64,000 bases of DNA from an uncultured Thermoplasmatales archaeon (GTDB lineage: Archaea; Thermoplasmatota; SW-10-69-26). Both the position numbers and the translations under genes were made by a program. The number at the start of each line of letters is the position of its first letter. Position 1 is the stretch's first letter. The stretch spans positions 3,786 to 67,785 of the forward strand of contig CAZOQA010000004.1 of NCBI GenBank assembly GCA_964581775.1, given 5' to 3'. Below the pieces are notes generated by a model that made no database searches, was not told the DNA's origin, and saw nothing but the letters and a program-made list of their open reading frames with translations. Positions 33,054 to 44,300 of this stretch are shown here, piece by piece.

Positions 33054-33910
33054 TGGCCTCCTCCAGCCTCAGCCTCGGCGCCTTCCTCCTCTACCATCGT
33101 CTCCGGGTATCGGAAGATGGTGCGGTTGTACGCGTCGACGGTGAACGGGTCGTACCGGGAAAGATGGCACGTGCAGAAGATCCGGTCCCCGTACCCGCTT
33201 TGCACGGCGAGGCTGTCCTCATGGAAGCGCGCGATGCAGCAAAAGTGCGTGCATCGGGACATGCAGGCAAGGAACACGGAGTCAGGGTCCTCGGGGTGCT
33301 CGGGCATCCACTGCCGAAGGTCGTCCTGTTGCGGCGGCGGGACGGACCCGGTGAACTCGAGGATCTCTGCCGGGGCCCTGAGCACGATGCCCGTGAGGGT
33401 GCGCTCGGGAGCCATGCCCTCGGATCGCCATCGGAACGGCGCGCCCGCTCCGGGGAACTCGTCGAACAGCGGGTCGGGGGTGTCCTCGGGGAAGTCCTGC
33501 CATCGGACGGCGTCGTTGATGCTGTCCGCGTACCAGGTGTCCAGGCCCCCTGCTTGGCGCTCCTCGGTCACGTGGAACCGGATCATATCGTCGCCGTCCC
33601 AGTCGGGGAGCGCGCCGGGGGTCCGCTCGTGCCCGCAGTAGCGGTACCACTGAAGTTGATCGTCGAACGCGTCGGGGACGCCTCGAAGCTCCCCGTCGCC
33701 TGTGATCTCCAACGGGATGATCGGGAGCCCGTAGGGAGCGGGGGATCCCTCTAGGACCTGCACGCCAGGGTACGAGATGGGGACGATCTCCACGTCGACG
33801 TCGCTTAGCGGTAGAAGCATCCCGGCGCCGGCGGCTGCCGCGGCACCGGTGGCTCCCACACCCACGCAGGTTTTGATGAAGCTTCGTCGGTCGAACCCTT
33901 CGTTGGCCAT
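33050..33910 (-). CDS. petA: Rieske [2Fe-2S] protein with Tat signal
   Basis: The twin-arginine signal is FDRRSFIKTCVGVGATGAAAAAGAG. The Rieske boxes are CTHFCC and CTCHLSRYD. Confidence 0.85.
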   Translation of the reverse strand: MANEGFDRRSFIKTCVGVGATGAAAAAGAGMLLPLSDVDVEIVPISYPGVQVLEGSPAPYGLPIIPLEITGDGELRGVPDAFDDQLQWYRYCGHERTPGALPDWDGDDMIRFHVTEERQAGGLDTWYADSINDAVRWQDFPEDTPDPLFDEFPGAGAPFRWRSEGMAPERTLTGIVLRAPAEILEFTGSVPPPQQDDLRQWMPEHPEDPDSVFLACMSRCTHFCCIARFHEDSLAVQSGYGDRIFCTCHLSRYDPFTVDAYNRTIFRYPETMVEEEGAEAEAGGGQ

Positions 33911-33938
33911 GGTTTTCAGAGTCCCGTTGCTGTGTCTG

Positions 33939-34226
33939 CTATAGGAGGTCTTCCCATTTCGGCTTCCGCTGTTTCACGATGATGATGTCGTCCAGGAAGA
34001 ACCGCCTGTAAAGGGTGAGGATGAGGCCGAGCAGGAGGAACGCGGTGGCGAGCCAGAACAGCATGACCTGTTGAGCGGCTGGGCTGTTCCATCCTAGGAT
34101 CAGGCCCGCGAGGAACAGTCCGATGAACAGGAGCTCGATGAGGGTGAGCAGGCCGATGGCGATGGCGACGCTGAGGGGTTGTTCGGCGGGGTCGTGCCGG
34201 ACCACGTCTCCCGGTTCTTTGGCCAT
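33939..34226 (-). CDS. small two-TM membrane protein of the respiratory operon
   Basis: The product is 95 aa with helices LSVAIAIGLLTLIELLFIGLFLAGLILGW and VMLFWLATAFLLLGLILTLY. It lies between the cupredoxin and Rieske genes. Confidence 0.6.
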   Translation of the reverse strand: MAKEPGDVVRHDPAEQPLSVAIAIGLLTLIELLFIGLFLAGLILGWNSPAAQQVMLFWLATAFLLLGLILTLYRRFFLDDIIIVKQRKPKWEDLL

Positions 34227-34234
34227 CGTTCACC

Positions 34235-35017
34235 TCAGATCAGGAAGTAGAAGATCGCTCCCAGCGCGGCGAGGACGACGAGGACGATGGTCACGCTCCG
34301 GGGGGAGGGCAGGATGGGTTCCACCATCTCTTGCTCCTCGCCTGTGGCCCCGGCGGCCACCGTGATCGTCTCGGGCCCGCCGGTGCGGTGGTCGACAGCT
34401 TGTCGCGTCTCGCCGTAGCGGAACAGGAAGAACGTGCCGACGAGCACCAGGACCATGACGATGAGGCCGATGACGCCGACCCAGTAGGCCAGGTAGTGCA
34501 CGCCCAGGTCCACGATCTCCTCTTCCCCGTCGTCGCCGGCGGCGGCGCCCACGTGGAGCTCGCCTTGCATGCCCATGTCCGCGTGCCCGGGCACGGTACA
34601 AATGAACGTGACCGAGCCTTCCGCGTCCGCGGGGACGGTCACGTTGAGCTCGTAGGTTTCCCCTTGGTTGAGGAGGGGGGTCTTGATCATCTGGCCTTGA
34701 CCGTCCTCGCCTTCGCGAAGCTCCTCTTCGTCGGCCTCGAAGAGCTCGTCGCTTAGGAAGCCGAAGTCGTGCTCGGTCGCCTGAAGGTTGGTGACATGGA
34801 ACGTGACCTCCGCGTTGGCGGGCACGTTGATCTCGGCAGGCTGGATGTCGAAGGGATCGTCCTCGCCTCCGCCTAGGTACACGTTGATGCGCATCTCGGC
34901 GGGCTGGTCGGCTGGCACGGTGCCTTCCTCTTGCGCCGCCACGATCCCGAGGATGGGCATCGTGAAGAGGAGGGCGACGATCCCGATAAGGAACGGTCGT
35001 GAGCCCTGGAGTCCCAT
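34235..35017 (-). CDS. membrane-anchored type-1 copper protein (plastocyanin/halocyanin-like cupredoxin)
   Basis: ATG at 35015-35017. The signal is FLIGIVALLFTMPILGIVAAQ. Copper ligands are TEHDF...FICTVPGHADMGM. Two C-terminal TM helices are present. Confidence 0.8.
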   Translation of the reverse strand: MGLQGSRPFLIGIVALLFTMPILGIVAAQEEGTVPADQPAEMRINVYLGGGEDDPFDIQPAEINVPANAEVTFHVTNLQATEHDFGFLSDELFEADEEELREGEDGQGQMIKTPLLNQGETYELNVTVPADAEGSVTFICTVPGHADMGMQGELHVGAAAGDDGEEEIVDLGVHYLAYWVGVIGLIVMVLVLVGTFFLFRYGETRQAVDHRTGGPETITVAAGATGEEQEMVEPILPSPRSVTIVLVVLAALGAIFYFLI

Positions 35018-35046
35018 GTCGCCTCGGCGGCCGAAACAGGTCGGGG

Positions 35047-35053
35047 TATTAAA
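35047..35053 (-). promoter_or_regulatory. TATA-like box upstream of the respiratory operon
   Basis: tattaaa (TTTAATA on the minus strand) lies 30-36 nt upstream of the ATG at 35017. Confidence 0.4.
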
Positions 35054-35150
35054 CTGTTGCTTCCCCCGATACGAGGCTCCCACAGAGCAAACGGCCAGGG
35101 GGCACACGTCGGGCCGTCCTCGTGTGACGCGGCTCCCGAGCAGGGGAACC

Positions 35151-35157
35151 TTTATGG
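35151..35157 (+). promoter_or_regulatory. TATA-like box upstream of the 35182 gene
   Basis: tttatgg lies 25-31 nt upstream of the ATG at 35182, which suggests a leaderless mRNA. Confidence 0.4.
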
Positions 35158-35181
35158 CGCTCTCCGCTGGCTGTGGACCCG

Positions 35182-36516
35182 ATGCGTCCCATCCTGGCGA
35201 TCCTGATGGCGGGGCTCTTGATGATTCCGATGCCCACCGCGCAGGCGCTCCACGAGGACGAGGACCCGCTCGTCCCGGCCGAGGAACCCTCGCACACCTT
35301 CCGCGAGGCTATCTATGATCTGAACCGGACCATCCGGGACACGGAGGAGCGCCACGGGGACCACCCGAAGATTGACGAGGCCAAGAACAAGCGCGCCCTC
35401 GCGGCGCAAGCCTTCGTCGCCGGGAACCACTGGTTGACGCTGCACCACCTGCTCGAATCCACCGCCATCATCGAGCACCACAACGCCTGGCAAGAGAAGC
35501 AATCCGCCAGCGACCGCGAGGCCGCATACTACAGCGAGATGCAAGACACTTGGCAGGAAGCCCACAGCTGGATCGAGAACACGCACGACCGCCTCGAGGA
35601 CCTCGAGGCTCAAGGCGTGGACCTCTGGATGCTCGACCACGCCCTGTTGGCGGGAAGCGTGCTCACCAAAGGCGAACGCCTCAACAACATGTGGGGAACG
35701 GTCAAGGAAGCCTGGGACCGCGGCGAGCGCGGCGACCAGATGCGCAACATGCTCGCCGCCTCCTCCCACGGCGCCATCATGCACGCCGAGATCGCCGAAG
35801 GCATCCTGGACCGCGCGGAACGCAACGCCACCGACGAGCCCGTGGGCCCCATCGTGGGCTCGCACACGCTGCGTGGCATCATGGACTCCCTGGAGCCCAT
35901 GCTCGCGAACGGGTCCATGAGCCTCGACCGGGACTTCAACCGCCTGATCGCCACGCACATGGGCGAGGAGAAGTGGCTGGCCGCCATGGGCGGCACGGTC
36001 GCCTGGAGCGAGCAGCAAGCCCCCGCCGCCGTGCAGCACGCCATGCAAGCCGACGGCGAGCCCCCCTTCCAACCGGAGGACGTGATCGAGCACCTGTTCA
36101 ACTTGGACGCCGAGGACGAGACCGTTCAAAGCCTCGACGAGCTCAGCGTCCCCGGGGCCTCCGCCAAGTACAGCCTGGCCCAGGTCAAAGGAACCGCGCA
36201 GGTCATGGAGGAACGCACGCAGGAGGAGGATGAGATCACGTGGAACCACGCGCTGCAAGCCTCCGAAGGCCTCGGCGCGCTCTCCGCCGCGCACACGAGC
36301 CTGGCCATCCTGCAAGTGGCCAACGGGGACGCGCCGCCCGATCGCGTGATCCACCTGCCCACGCACAGCCCCGGCGCGCTGGACCTCGACGAGAGCACCC
36401 TCGAGGACGCAAGCGAGGACGACACCCTCTTCGCCGTGCCCACCTGGGGCTGGCTGGCCCCCCTTGCAGCCGGGCTTTTGATCGCGTTCGGATACACGCG
36501 CCACCGACGACGCTGA
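35182..36516 (+). CDS. secreted His/Glu-rich all-alpha-looking protein with C-terminal anchor, unknown function
   Basis: ATG at 35182 gives MRPILAILMAGLLMIPMPTAQA. The sequence is helix-prone and His-rich (HWLTLHHLLESTAIIEHHNAW). The C-terminus is FAVPTWGWLAPLAAGLLIAFGYTRHRRR. Confidence 0.7.
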   Translation: MRPILAILMAGLLMIPMPTAQALHEDEDPLVPAEEPSHTFREAIYDLNRTIRDTEERHGDHPKIDEAKNKRALAAQAFVAGNHWLTLHHLLESTAIIEHHNAWQEKQSASDREAAYYSEMQDTWQEAHSWIENTHDRLEDLEAQGVDLWMLDHALLAGSVLTKGERLNNMWGTVKEAWDRGERGDQMRNMLAASSHGAIMHAEIAEGILDRAERNATDEPVGPIVGSHTLRGIMDSLEPMLANGSMSLDRDFNRLIATHMGEEKWLAAMGGTVAWSEQQAPAAVQHAMQADGEPPFQPEDVIEHLFNLDAEDETVQSLDELSVPGASAKYSLAQVKGTAQVMEERTQEEDEITWNHALQASEGLGALSAAHTSLAILQVANGDAPPDRVIHLPTHSPGALDLDESTLEDASEDDTLFAVPTWGWLAPLAAGLLIAFGYTRHRRR

Positions 36517-36604
36517 GCCCTCCAGGCACCCCGGGCGAGCGCCCACCAGCCGCGAGGATCAAGCCTTGCGGACCCCGCGCGCACGGACCCCGATAGACGG
36601 TCAG

Positions 36605-36617
36605 GATAATGCTTAAG
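36605..36617 (+). promoter_or_regulatory. AT-rich TATA-like element upstream of the giant surface-protein operon
   Basis: gataatgcttaag lies 26-38 nt upstream of the ATG at 36643. No SD precedes this first gene, whereas all downstream genes in the operon have one. Confidence 0.4.
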
Positions 36618-36642
36618 AGGGGCTCGATGGGCTGGCGTCCTG

Positions 36643-38313
36643 ATGAGGTCGCTTCCCACAGCCATCCTGCTCGCCGTTGGCAGCTTAGCTGCCATGGCGC
36701 TCGTCTTCGCGGGAGCGGCCAGCGCCCAAAGCTACGGGCCCGACCCCTGGGAGATCGGGATGGAATGGTCGTGGGGAAGCGACGACACCTCCCAGCGGTC
36801 CTACATCGACGACCACACGAAGCTCGCTACGTCCACCGGGAAGTACGACGTCTGGCGAACGCAGACCTCCTACGAAGGCGAGACCACCTCCGCGCACCGG
36901 GTCACGATGTGGGTGGAGGACAACCACCGGCGCGCCTACGACGAGGTCAACATGCGGCAAGCAGCCGGCGACCCCATCACGTCCATGACCGAGTACTCGC
37001 CCCCCGCGCCCTTCCCCATGTGGGAGGGCATCGGGCCCGGCGCGGACATCCAGCTCGAGGTCACCGAGTACACCTCCTACCGCAGCGGTCTCCAATACCT
37101 GGGAAGCGAGGAGACCACGTGGGACTGGTACGCGGTGGCCAGCCACGACGTGCACGAGGTCGACACGCCCGCCGGCACGTTCGAAGGGTTCAACGTGACC
37201 GTGTACAAGGAGGAGGTCGACGGGGACGACGCGGCCCTCTACCGCTACTTCTACGCGCACGAAGCGCGCCACTGGGTCGCCACGTACGACAGCGACGAAG
37301 AGCTCGACCTCAAGCTCAACCAGCTCCAACTGGACCCCCCGCCCATCGCACGCGGGTTCGCCGCGCCCAACATTGCCCAGCTCGGGGACGAGGTCACCCT
37401 CTACGGGCACGAAAGCCACACGTACGACGGCGAGATCGCCTCGCACGCCTGGAGCATCCCCGCCGGCGTCACCGTGGACAACGCGACGCTCACCGAAGAG
37501 ACCACGATCGAGGCCACGAACGTGACGGTGCGCTTCGGCGACGCCGAGCAAGACCGCTACCGGTTCGTGCTCACCGTCACGGGCACCAACGGGCAAACCG
37601 CCACGGACCCCGTCACGGTGCGCGTGGTCGAACCCGACGAGCGCTACCAGCTCGAGGGACCCGGCTGGTCCACCGTCGGCGAACCCACTCAGCTTCGCCT
37701 GGTCCCCCCCGAGAACCGCACCGTGCAAGAGGCCCGCTGGGCCGTGGACGGCCCCGGAGACGTCGACCCGGACGAGGACCAGGGTCTCGACCCCGAGATC
37801 GTGTTCCCCCAGCCCGGCGGTTACACCGTCTCTGTCACGTACACCGACAACGAGGGGACGACAGGCACCCTCTCCCACGACGTGTTCGTGATCGGGGGAG
37901 ACGGATTCTCGATTCGAGGGGACCCTGACCAGGACACGGTGCAAGCCGGGGACGACGCGGTCGGCCCCGCCATCATCAACCCCGAGAACGGCACGCGCAT
38001 GGGCTCCTCGAACGCGGACATCGTCGTCCACACCACGGGGCTCGAGGACCCCAAGCTCGTGCTCCCCAACGGGCTGCGCGTACCCCTTCAAACGGCCGAA
38101 CCCATCGACATCGCGACCGTCCCGCTTTCCCCGCCCGAATCCACCATCCGACTCGTGGACGGGAACCAGACGCTCGACCAGGTCACGCTCCTGTACGAGG
38201 ACCCCGCCAACCCCGGGACGACCGGATCCCAAGACACGGGCACGAACCAGGCGCCGTTCCCGTGGCTTCCCGCTCTCTTGCTCGCGCCGCTTCTACAGAG
38301 GAGGACCCCATGA
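36643..38313 (+). CDS. secreted anchored surface protein (556 aa) with PKD-like Ig domains
   Basis: The signal is MRSLPTAILLAVGSLAAMALVFAGAASAQS. PKD-like segments are HESHTYDGEIASHAWSI...YRFVLTVTGTNGQTATDPVTVRV and WAVDG...GGYTVSVTYTDNEG. The C-terminus is APFPWLPALLLAPLLQRRTP. Confidence 0.85.
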   Translation: MRSLPTAILLAVGSLAAMALVFAGAASAQSYGPDPWEIGMEWSWGSDDTSQRSYIDDHTKLATSTGKYDVWRTQTSYEGETTSAHRVTMWVEDNHRRAYDEVNMRQAAGDPITSMTEYSPPAPFPMWEGIGPGADIQLEVTEYTSYRSGLQYLGSEETTWDWYAVASHDVHEVDTPAGTFEGFNVTVYKEEVDGDDAALYRYFYAHEARHWVATYDSDEELDLKLNQLQLDPPPIARGFAAPNIAQLGDEVTLYGHESHTYDGEIASHAWSIPAGVTVDNATLTEETTIEATNVTVRFGDAEQDRYRFVLTVTGTNGQTATDPVTVRVVEPDERYQLEGPGWSTVGEPTQLRLVPPENRTVQEARWAVDGPGDVDPDEDQGLDPEIVFPQPGGYTVSVTYTDNEGTTGTLSHDVFVIGGDGFSIRGDPDQDTVQAGDDAVGPAIINPENGTRMGSSNADIVVHTTGLEDPKLVLPNGLRVPLQTAEPIDIATVPLSPPESTIRLVDGNQTLDQVTLLYEDPANPGTTGSQDTGTNQAPFPWLPALLLAPLLQRRTP

Positions 38314-41300
38314 ACAAGAAGACCGTCGCCGTGCTAGCCAGCCTCCTTGCCATCGGAGGCATCACCGTCGCCGTGACCGCCCTCCAGCCCAGCCTCACGG
38401 ACGCTCTCCACGAGCACCTGGGCTCCAGCGGGGACGACGCCACGGACGAGCATGCTAGCCAAGGCGCCGACGCGAGCGACAGCCAAGGCGACGCCCAGGA
38501 CGAGGCCCCGGGCTCCTCCTCCCCCGAAGCCTCCACCCTGAACCCCCAAGACGACCCCCCGCTCGTGAACGCGCCCATGCGCGGCGCATCCCCCATGCAG
38601 ATGACCGAGGACCTTCTGGGCCCCACGCCCGAGGACCTGCGCACGGTCGACCCCGAGATGACGCTCGCCGAGGCGCTTCGCCAACATCCCTCCTTCCCCA
38701 GCGACGAACCCATCGAGACGCCCGGCATCCCCACGGAAGGACCCCTCGAGAACGCGCTCGCACGGCTGCTGCAAGCCCACGGCATCATGACGGAGCTGCA
38801 AACCGCCGCCAGCGAGGGCGACCCCGTCGCCAAGGACCTGCTCCCCCACGCGGCCGCTCAACTCGCCGAGGAAGCCGACCGCTCCGCGCCCACCTTCAAC
38901 GCGGCCAGCGACCTCTACACGCTCGGCGAGGACGCCCAGTTGCGTCTGAACGGCCAGCCCGTGCCCGTCGAGCACGTCGCCTCCTACCAGCAAGAGGTCG
39001 ACCGGTTGTACTCCCTGATCGGGCTCCCCCAAACCGCCGCCGACCCGGGCGCGCACGACCCCACCGAACTGGCCCGCCTCGTGCACGCGACCGCAGACGT
39101 CGTCGAAGCCACAAAGGAAGCCCAACAAGCCGCGCAGCGCGCAGACGAGATCCAAGACGACCTGGAACGCGTGGACGCCGCGCTGCAAGACGGCGCCCTG
39201 ACCGAAGAGGACGCCCAGCTTCTCGTGACCGTCGCGCGCACCGTGCACGAGGTCACCCTGGAACCGATCCAGCAACGCCTGGACGCCCTCGACACCCTGT
39301 ACGCGACCACGGAAGCCTTGGCCCCCTCCCTGACCACGACGGCAGGCAGCACGCCGATCCAGGACGCGGGCATGCCCATGGACGAGCATGAGCTCGCCAC
39401 GGTCGAGGAGCTTTTGGGCATGATCGGGGGCGACGGGGATGAGACCGTGAACAACGTGCAAGACGGTCTTGAGGAAGGCGTCCAAGGCCTCGAGGAGCTG
39501 GCCAACCAGACCGAGGAAGGCGTCGAAGAGATCACCCGCGGTGGAGAGGAAACCTACAACGAGACCGAGGAACAGGTCGAGGAGACGATCCAGCCCGTCA
39601 ACGACCAGCTCGCCGAGAACTTCGTGGACCCGTTCGGTGCCATCATGATCCTCGGGGACGGGAACGATCACGTCAACGGCACCGGGGCCCCCGTGCCCGT
39701 GAACGTGCCCGGCGTCGGCGCCGTGGGGAGCCTGTTCCCTCGCGCACCGCTCCTGGTCGTCGATCAAGGTGGCGAGGAGACGTACGAACAGATCCCCCGG
39801 TCGACCGCGGCGGACGAGACCGTGCAGGGCACCGGCGAACCGCTCGTCCCCGAGGACGAGATCCGGGAAGGGACCCCCGTGGACCCGCGCGAGCCCATGC
39901 CCCCCCTGGGCGGTCTCTTCGAGCCCGTGGAGCTGTTCGTGAACGCCCTCGCGTCCGTCGTGTACGATTCCGCGACGGCTCCCGTGGAGGACCAGCAGGG
40001 CGTCGAGGTCGCCGTCACGGCGGATACCCCCATCCAGGTGGTCGTCGACCTGGACGGGGACGACGCGTATACGGGCGAGATCGGTGCCGCGTACGCCGCT
40101 GGCGGCGGTACCGCTGCCGTGTACGACGCCGCCGGGAACGACACGTACGACGTCGGGAAGGGCATAGGCCTGATCGAGGAGGACGGGCTCGCCATCGTGA
40201 AGGACTACGCGGGCAACGACACGATCCGCGCCGAGCGCGGTGTGGGAAGCGTCCTGGAGCCCTTCACCGTGGGAGAGTTCGACCGCGCCGAGTTCGAGGA
40301 TGATTTCCGCTACCGCGTCGGGGGTCTTGGCGGGTTCGTGAACTTCGCGGGCGATAACATGTACGAGGTCGAGGAGGCTGGCATCGGGCTGGCCTTCGGC
40401 CGCTCTCTAAACTTTGACTCCCAGATGGGAGGCTTGGTCCCCGTGGTGGCGCCCGTCGCGTTGGATCTGGCCGGCGGAGCCGAGGACTTCGCGCCCACGC
40501 TGCTTGGCGACACCTTCGACCCCACCAACGAGGTCGAACGGGACGACGGGGGAGCCCTGGCGGCCTGGGCGGAAGAACAAGACGGGTTCCGCTACGCTTT
40601 CACGCCTGACTCCTTGGGGAACCCCATGGTCCGCCTTCAGGCCGCATACCGGACCTACGAGGCGGACCTGGCGGAGCCTAGCGAGGGCACGATCCACGTC
40701 CAAGACCACAACGTGACGCTGGGCATCCCCTCCAGCTCCATGATTGAGCTCCCCTCGAGCTCGATGACCCTACAGAACGAGATTCTCATCCACCTCGACG
40801 ACGAGCCTCGGGAGTACGAGCCCGATTATCCCCTGATCCTCATCGACGCGGGTGACACCAACGATGTGTACCGCAACGCGACGCCGCCTGGCATGATCGC
40901 GAACGCGACCGATGCCCCCCAGTCGGCCGGGCAACTCGCAACGGTTGGTCAAGGCATCTTTGGGGACGATGTGACCGTCGCCCCGAACCTCGTGCTCGAT
41001 ACACGCGGCAACGACCGATACGAGGGCCAAACCGCCCACCTGAACACGTCGAGGCTGGCGCAAGAGCTGCGAAGCGAGAACGAGGATTCTGAGGGTCTGC
41101 GCGCACCGGTTGCGGGCACCGTGGTCGCGGACTTGGGCGGGGACGACGCGTTCGACGGGGATGTGGCCAGCGTGGACGTGAACATGACGCTTTACTCGTC
41201 CACGATGACGAGCCTCGTCTACAGCGCAGGCGGCTCCGACACCATCACCGGGGGCCACGTCGGAGGCATCACGGTCTCCCACGCCATGGACGCGGAGACG

Positions 41301-44300
41301 TTCCTGGACAGCCAAGTGGGCCACTCCGTGACGAGCCTCTTATTGATGGGTACGCAGGATCCAGAAACGGAGCGCAACCGGATCGAGGCAGCCGAGGGGA
41401 GCATGGGTTCGATCCTCGTCCAGGAGCCGGGGGAAGAGGAGGAGGCGATCGTCCAGCCCAACACGAAGCTCACCGCGGCCAGCATCGTCGCCGGGCCCAG
41501 CGACTTCATCTCCACAGAACACAGCTTCGGGTCCGTGCGCTGGTGCGACGCCGGGGAGCGGTGCCCCGACTCGGAAGGCGGGTCCGATGTGTCCGTCGAC
41601 CTGATCAGCGACTCGGAGCGCCCCGAGTTGCGCGCGCTGTTCGTCGGCGGGAACACGCCGAACACGTACACGTTGGACAGCCCGGATGCGATCGGGCACG
41701 TCACCATCGACCCCGAAGCGGATCTCTGCACGAGCCAAGAGGTCTCCCTTGGAGACCCGCCCTCGCGCGTGTCCGAGACCCCGCCCTCGATCCTGACGCG
41801 GTTCGTCGAAACCGGCGGGCCCACGGTCTACGAGATGACGGACCGCACCGAGGAGTCACCCGCCTGGAGGAACGACCACTCCTGGAGGCCCTTCGGAGAA
41901 GACGAGGACGAACAATGCCCTGAGACCCAGCTCGGCCACCCGGCCGTCATGGACGCGCTCGGCCAGGATTACGTCCGCCCGTCCGAGACGCCCGCGGGGG
42001 ACGTGGCCACGGTCCAAACCATCGACACGCTCGCCATCGACAACCTCGGCCAGTTCGTGCTCGGCACGGCCGGCGAGGCCACAGGCGGGCAGATCGAGGA
42101 GCAAACCGGGCTCACGTTCGAGCCCCCGCGCCTGTGCGCGGCCCCCTTCGCGGTGGCCGAGGACGGGTCCACGCTTCGCGGGTTCAACCAGCCCACGCAC
42201 CGATGCGCGGACGCCAGCGACCCGCGCACCCTCTCCGAGGACGCGTTGCAGGCTCACGAGCGCATGCTCATCACCACCGAGACGCGAGGCACCGTCCCCG
42301 CGAACGCGTTCGCCGCCCTGAACCCCTGCGACACCGGGAACACCGGCGACCGCTTCCTGGACCTGGACGCGCTCGAGGAGAACGTCCCCGGCGGGAACCC
42401 GCTGGCGCAAGGGACAAGCGGATGCTGGGCCACGCTCGAGGTCAAAAAGCAAACAAGCAGCTCCACCACGAGCCCCACCTGGAGCCCCCTGGCCCCCAAC
42501 GGGGAAGGATGGCTCCCCGTGATGGCCTCCCCGCTCTACTGCGGGTACACCGACGACGACGGCATGCCCGTCAAGTGCGCCACGGACGCCGCACCCGTCC
42601 CGTACACCGTGGACGGCAGCGACGGGTACAACCTCGAACGATGGTTCCTCGCCGAAGGCGACTACGACTACCGCGTCACCCTCAACGGCCCCATCAGCAC
42701 GCTCATGGGCGAAGAGACCATGTTCGAGGGGCAGCTCACGCTCGACCGCGAACCCCTCAAACAAGCCCAACCCGTGCCCGGATACGAGGTCCCCGTCGAG
42801 ACCCAGGAGAAACCCGGCCTCCTGACGTGGCTCGAGGACGCCTCGCCCGACGAGATCCCGGGCGCGCTGGAAGGCTTCGACGTGCGCGTCGTGCACCAAG
42901 ACGAACAAGGACCCCCCGAGCACGTGGAGGTCTGGAGCCCCCTGATCCTCCCCTCTTACCGGGACATCGTGCCCGGCGTGTGCCTGGACGGGACCCCCTA
43001 CCGAGGCATCGCTAGCGACGCGAGCACCGGTTGGCGAGGCGACCGCGGCCACTGGGTCACCACGTACCCCCTGGACGCCTGGGACGCGGACGAGGCCCCC
43101 CAGGACTGTCAAGACGCGACCCCGTCGGCCGCGCTCGACGCCAAGCACGAGCCCCTGCCCGTCGACACCGGCCTCTGGCATGCCCCCTTCGGAGACGAAC
43201 CCCGCCGCCTGCAGCTCCCCGAGGACGCCACGACCGAAACCGTGCTCGTCGACGAGACCGAGCCCGAGCTCACGCTCACGCCGCTTCCCGGGCCCGATGG
43301 AGAACCGCTCAAGCAGCTCGACGCGGACGCCACCGGCACGGTCGGGATCGGGATCCAGGACCTCTCCGCGCCCCAGATCAGCGGGAACATGGACGAGGAC
43401 GACCTCACCGACGGTCCCCTCTACATCCAGCTTCCCCTCAACGTGACCAGCCACAGCCCCATGCAACAGATCCGGTTCGCGGGCGTCACCGACGACCCCC
43501 TCCAAGAGAACGTGATCGAATCCCACGAGGACGAGGGGCAAATCATGCAGGGCATCCAGATCACGTACGATCACGACGACCACGCGGGCACCCTCCCATG
43601 CAGCCCCTCAGACAGCCAGGACCATGTCGCCTGCCAAGCCCGCCTGAACCTCACCCGCGCCGGGCAAGCCCCCGACGGGACCTGGTACCGCCACGCCCAC
43701 CTCAACCTCACCCTCCACACCAGCGACGAAGCCGGAACCGACCAAGCCGAGCTCCGGGACGCGCTCGAACGATCCATCCGCGACGACGAAGACATCACCT
43801 TCGAGGTCGTGCAAGACGGGGACGTCGAGGTCGAAGACGAAGCCGGGAACCAGCTCTCCAAGGACCTGGACGAGATCGTGCTCAACCTGTACCGCCCCTC
43901 GGATCTGGCCGTCCCCTGCGAAGGAGACGGGCTCGAGGTCGTCACGCGCGAGGGAACCGTGACCGTACGAACCTACACCGAAGACGAGGACACGCTGCTT
44001 GGGCTCCTCGTCGAAGCCCGCCAAGGCGACGAATGGACCGTGCAAGACTGGATCTGGATGGACGAACTCGACCCCGTGGACGGGGACTGCACCCCCGACG
44101 CGGACGGGGACTGGCTCGGCTTCGACTACGCCGTGCAACACGCCGCCCCCAACGAGACCGTCCGCCAGGAGCTGCGCACCGTGCCCGTGGACGAGGTCGG
44201 CAACCGAGCCCTCAGCTTCGGGCCCTTCGAGTTCGCCGTGATCGCGGACCAACAAGCGCCCACCCTCCGCCTCGACCAGCACGCCGCCACGCCCAGCTCC

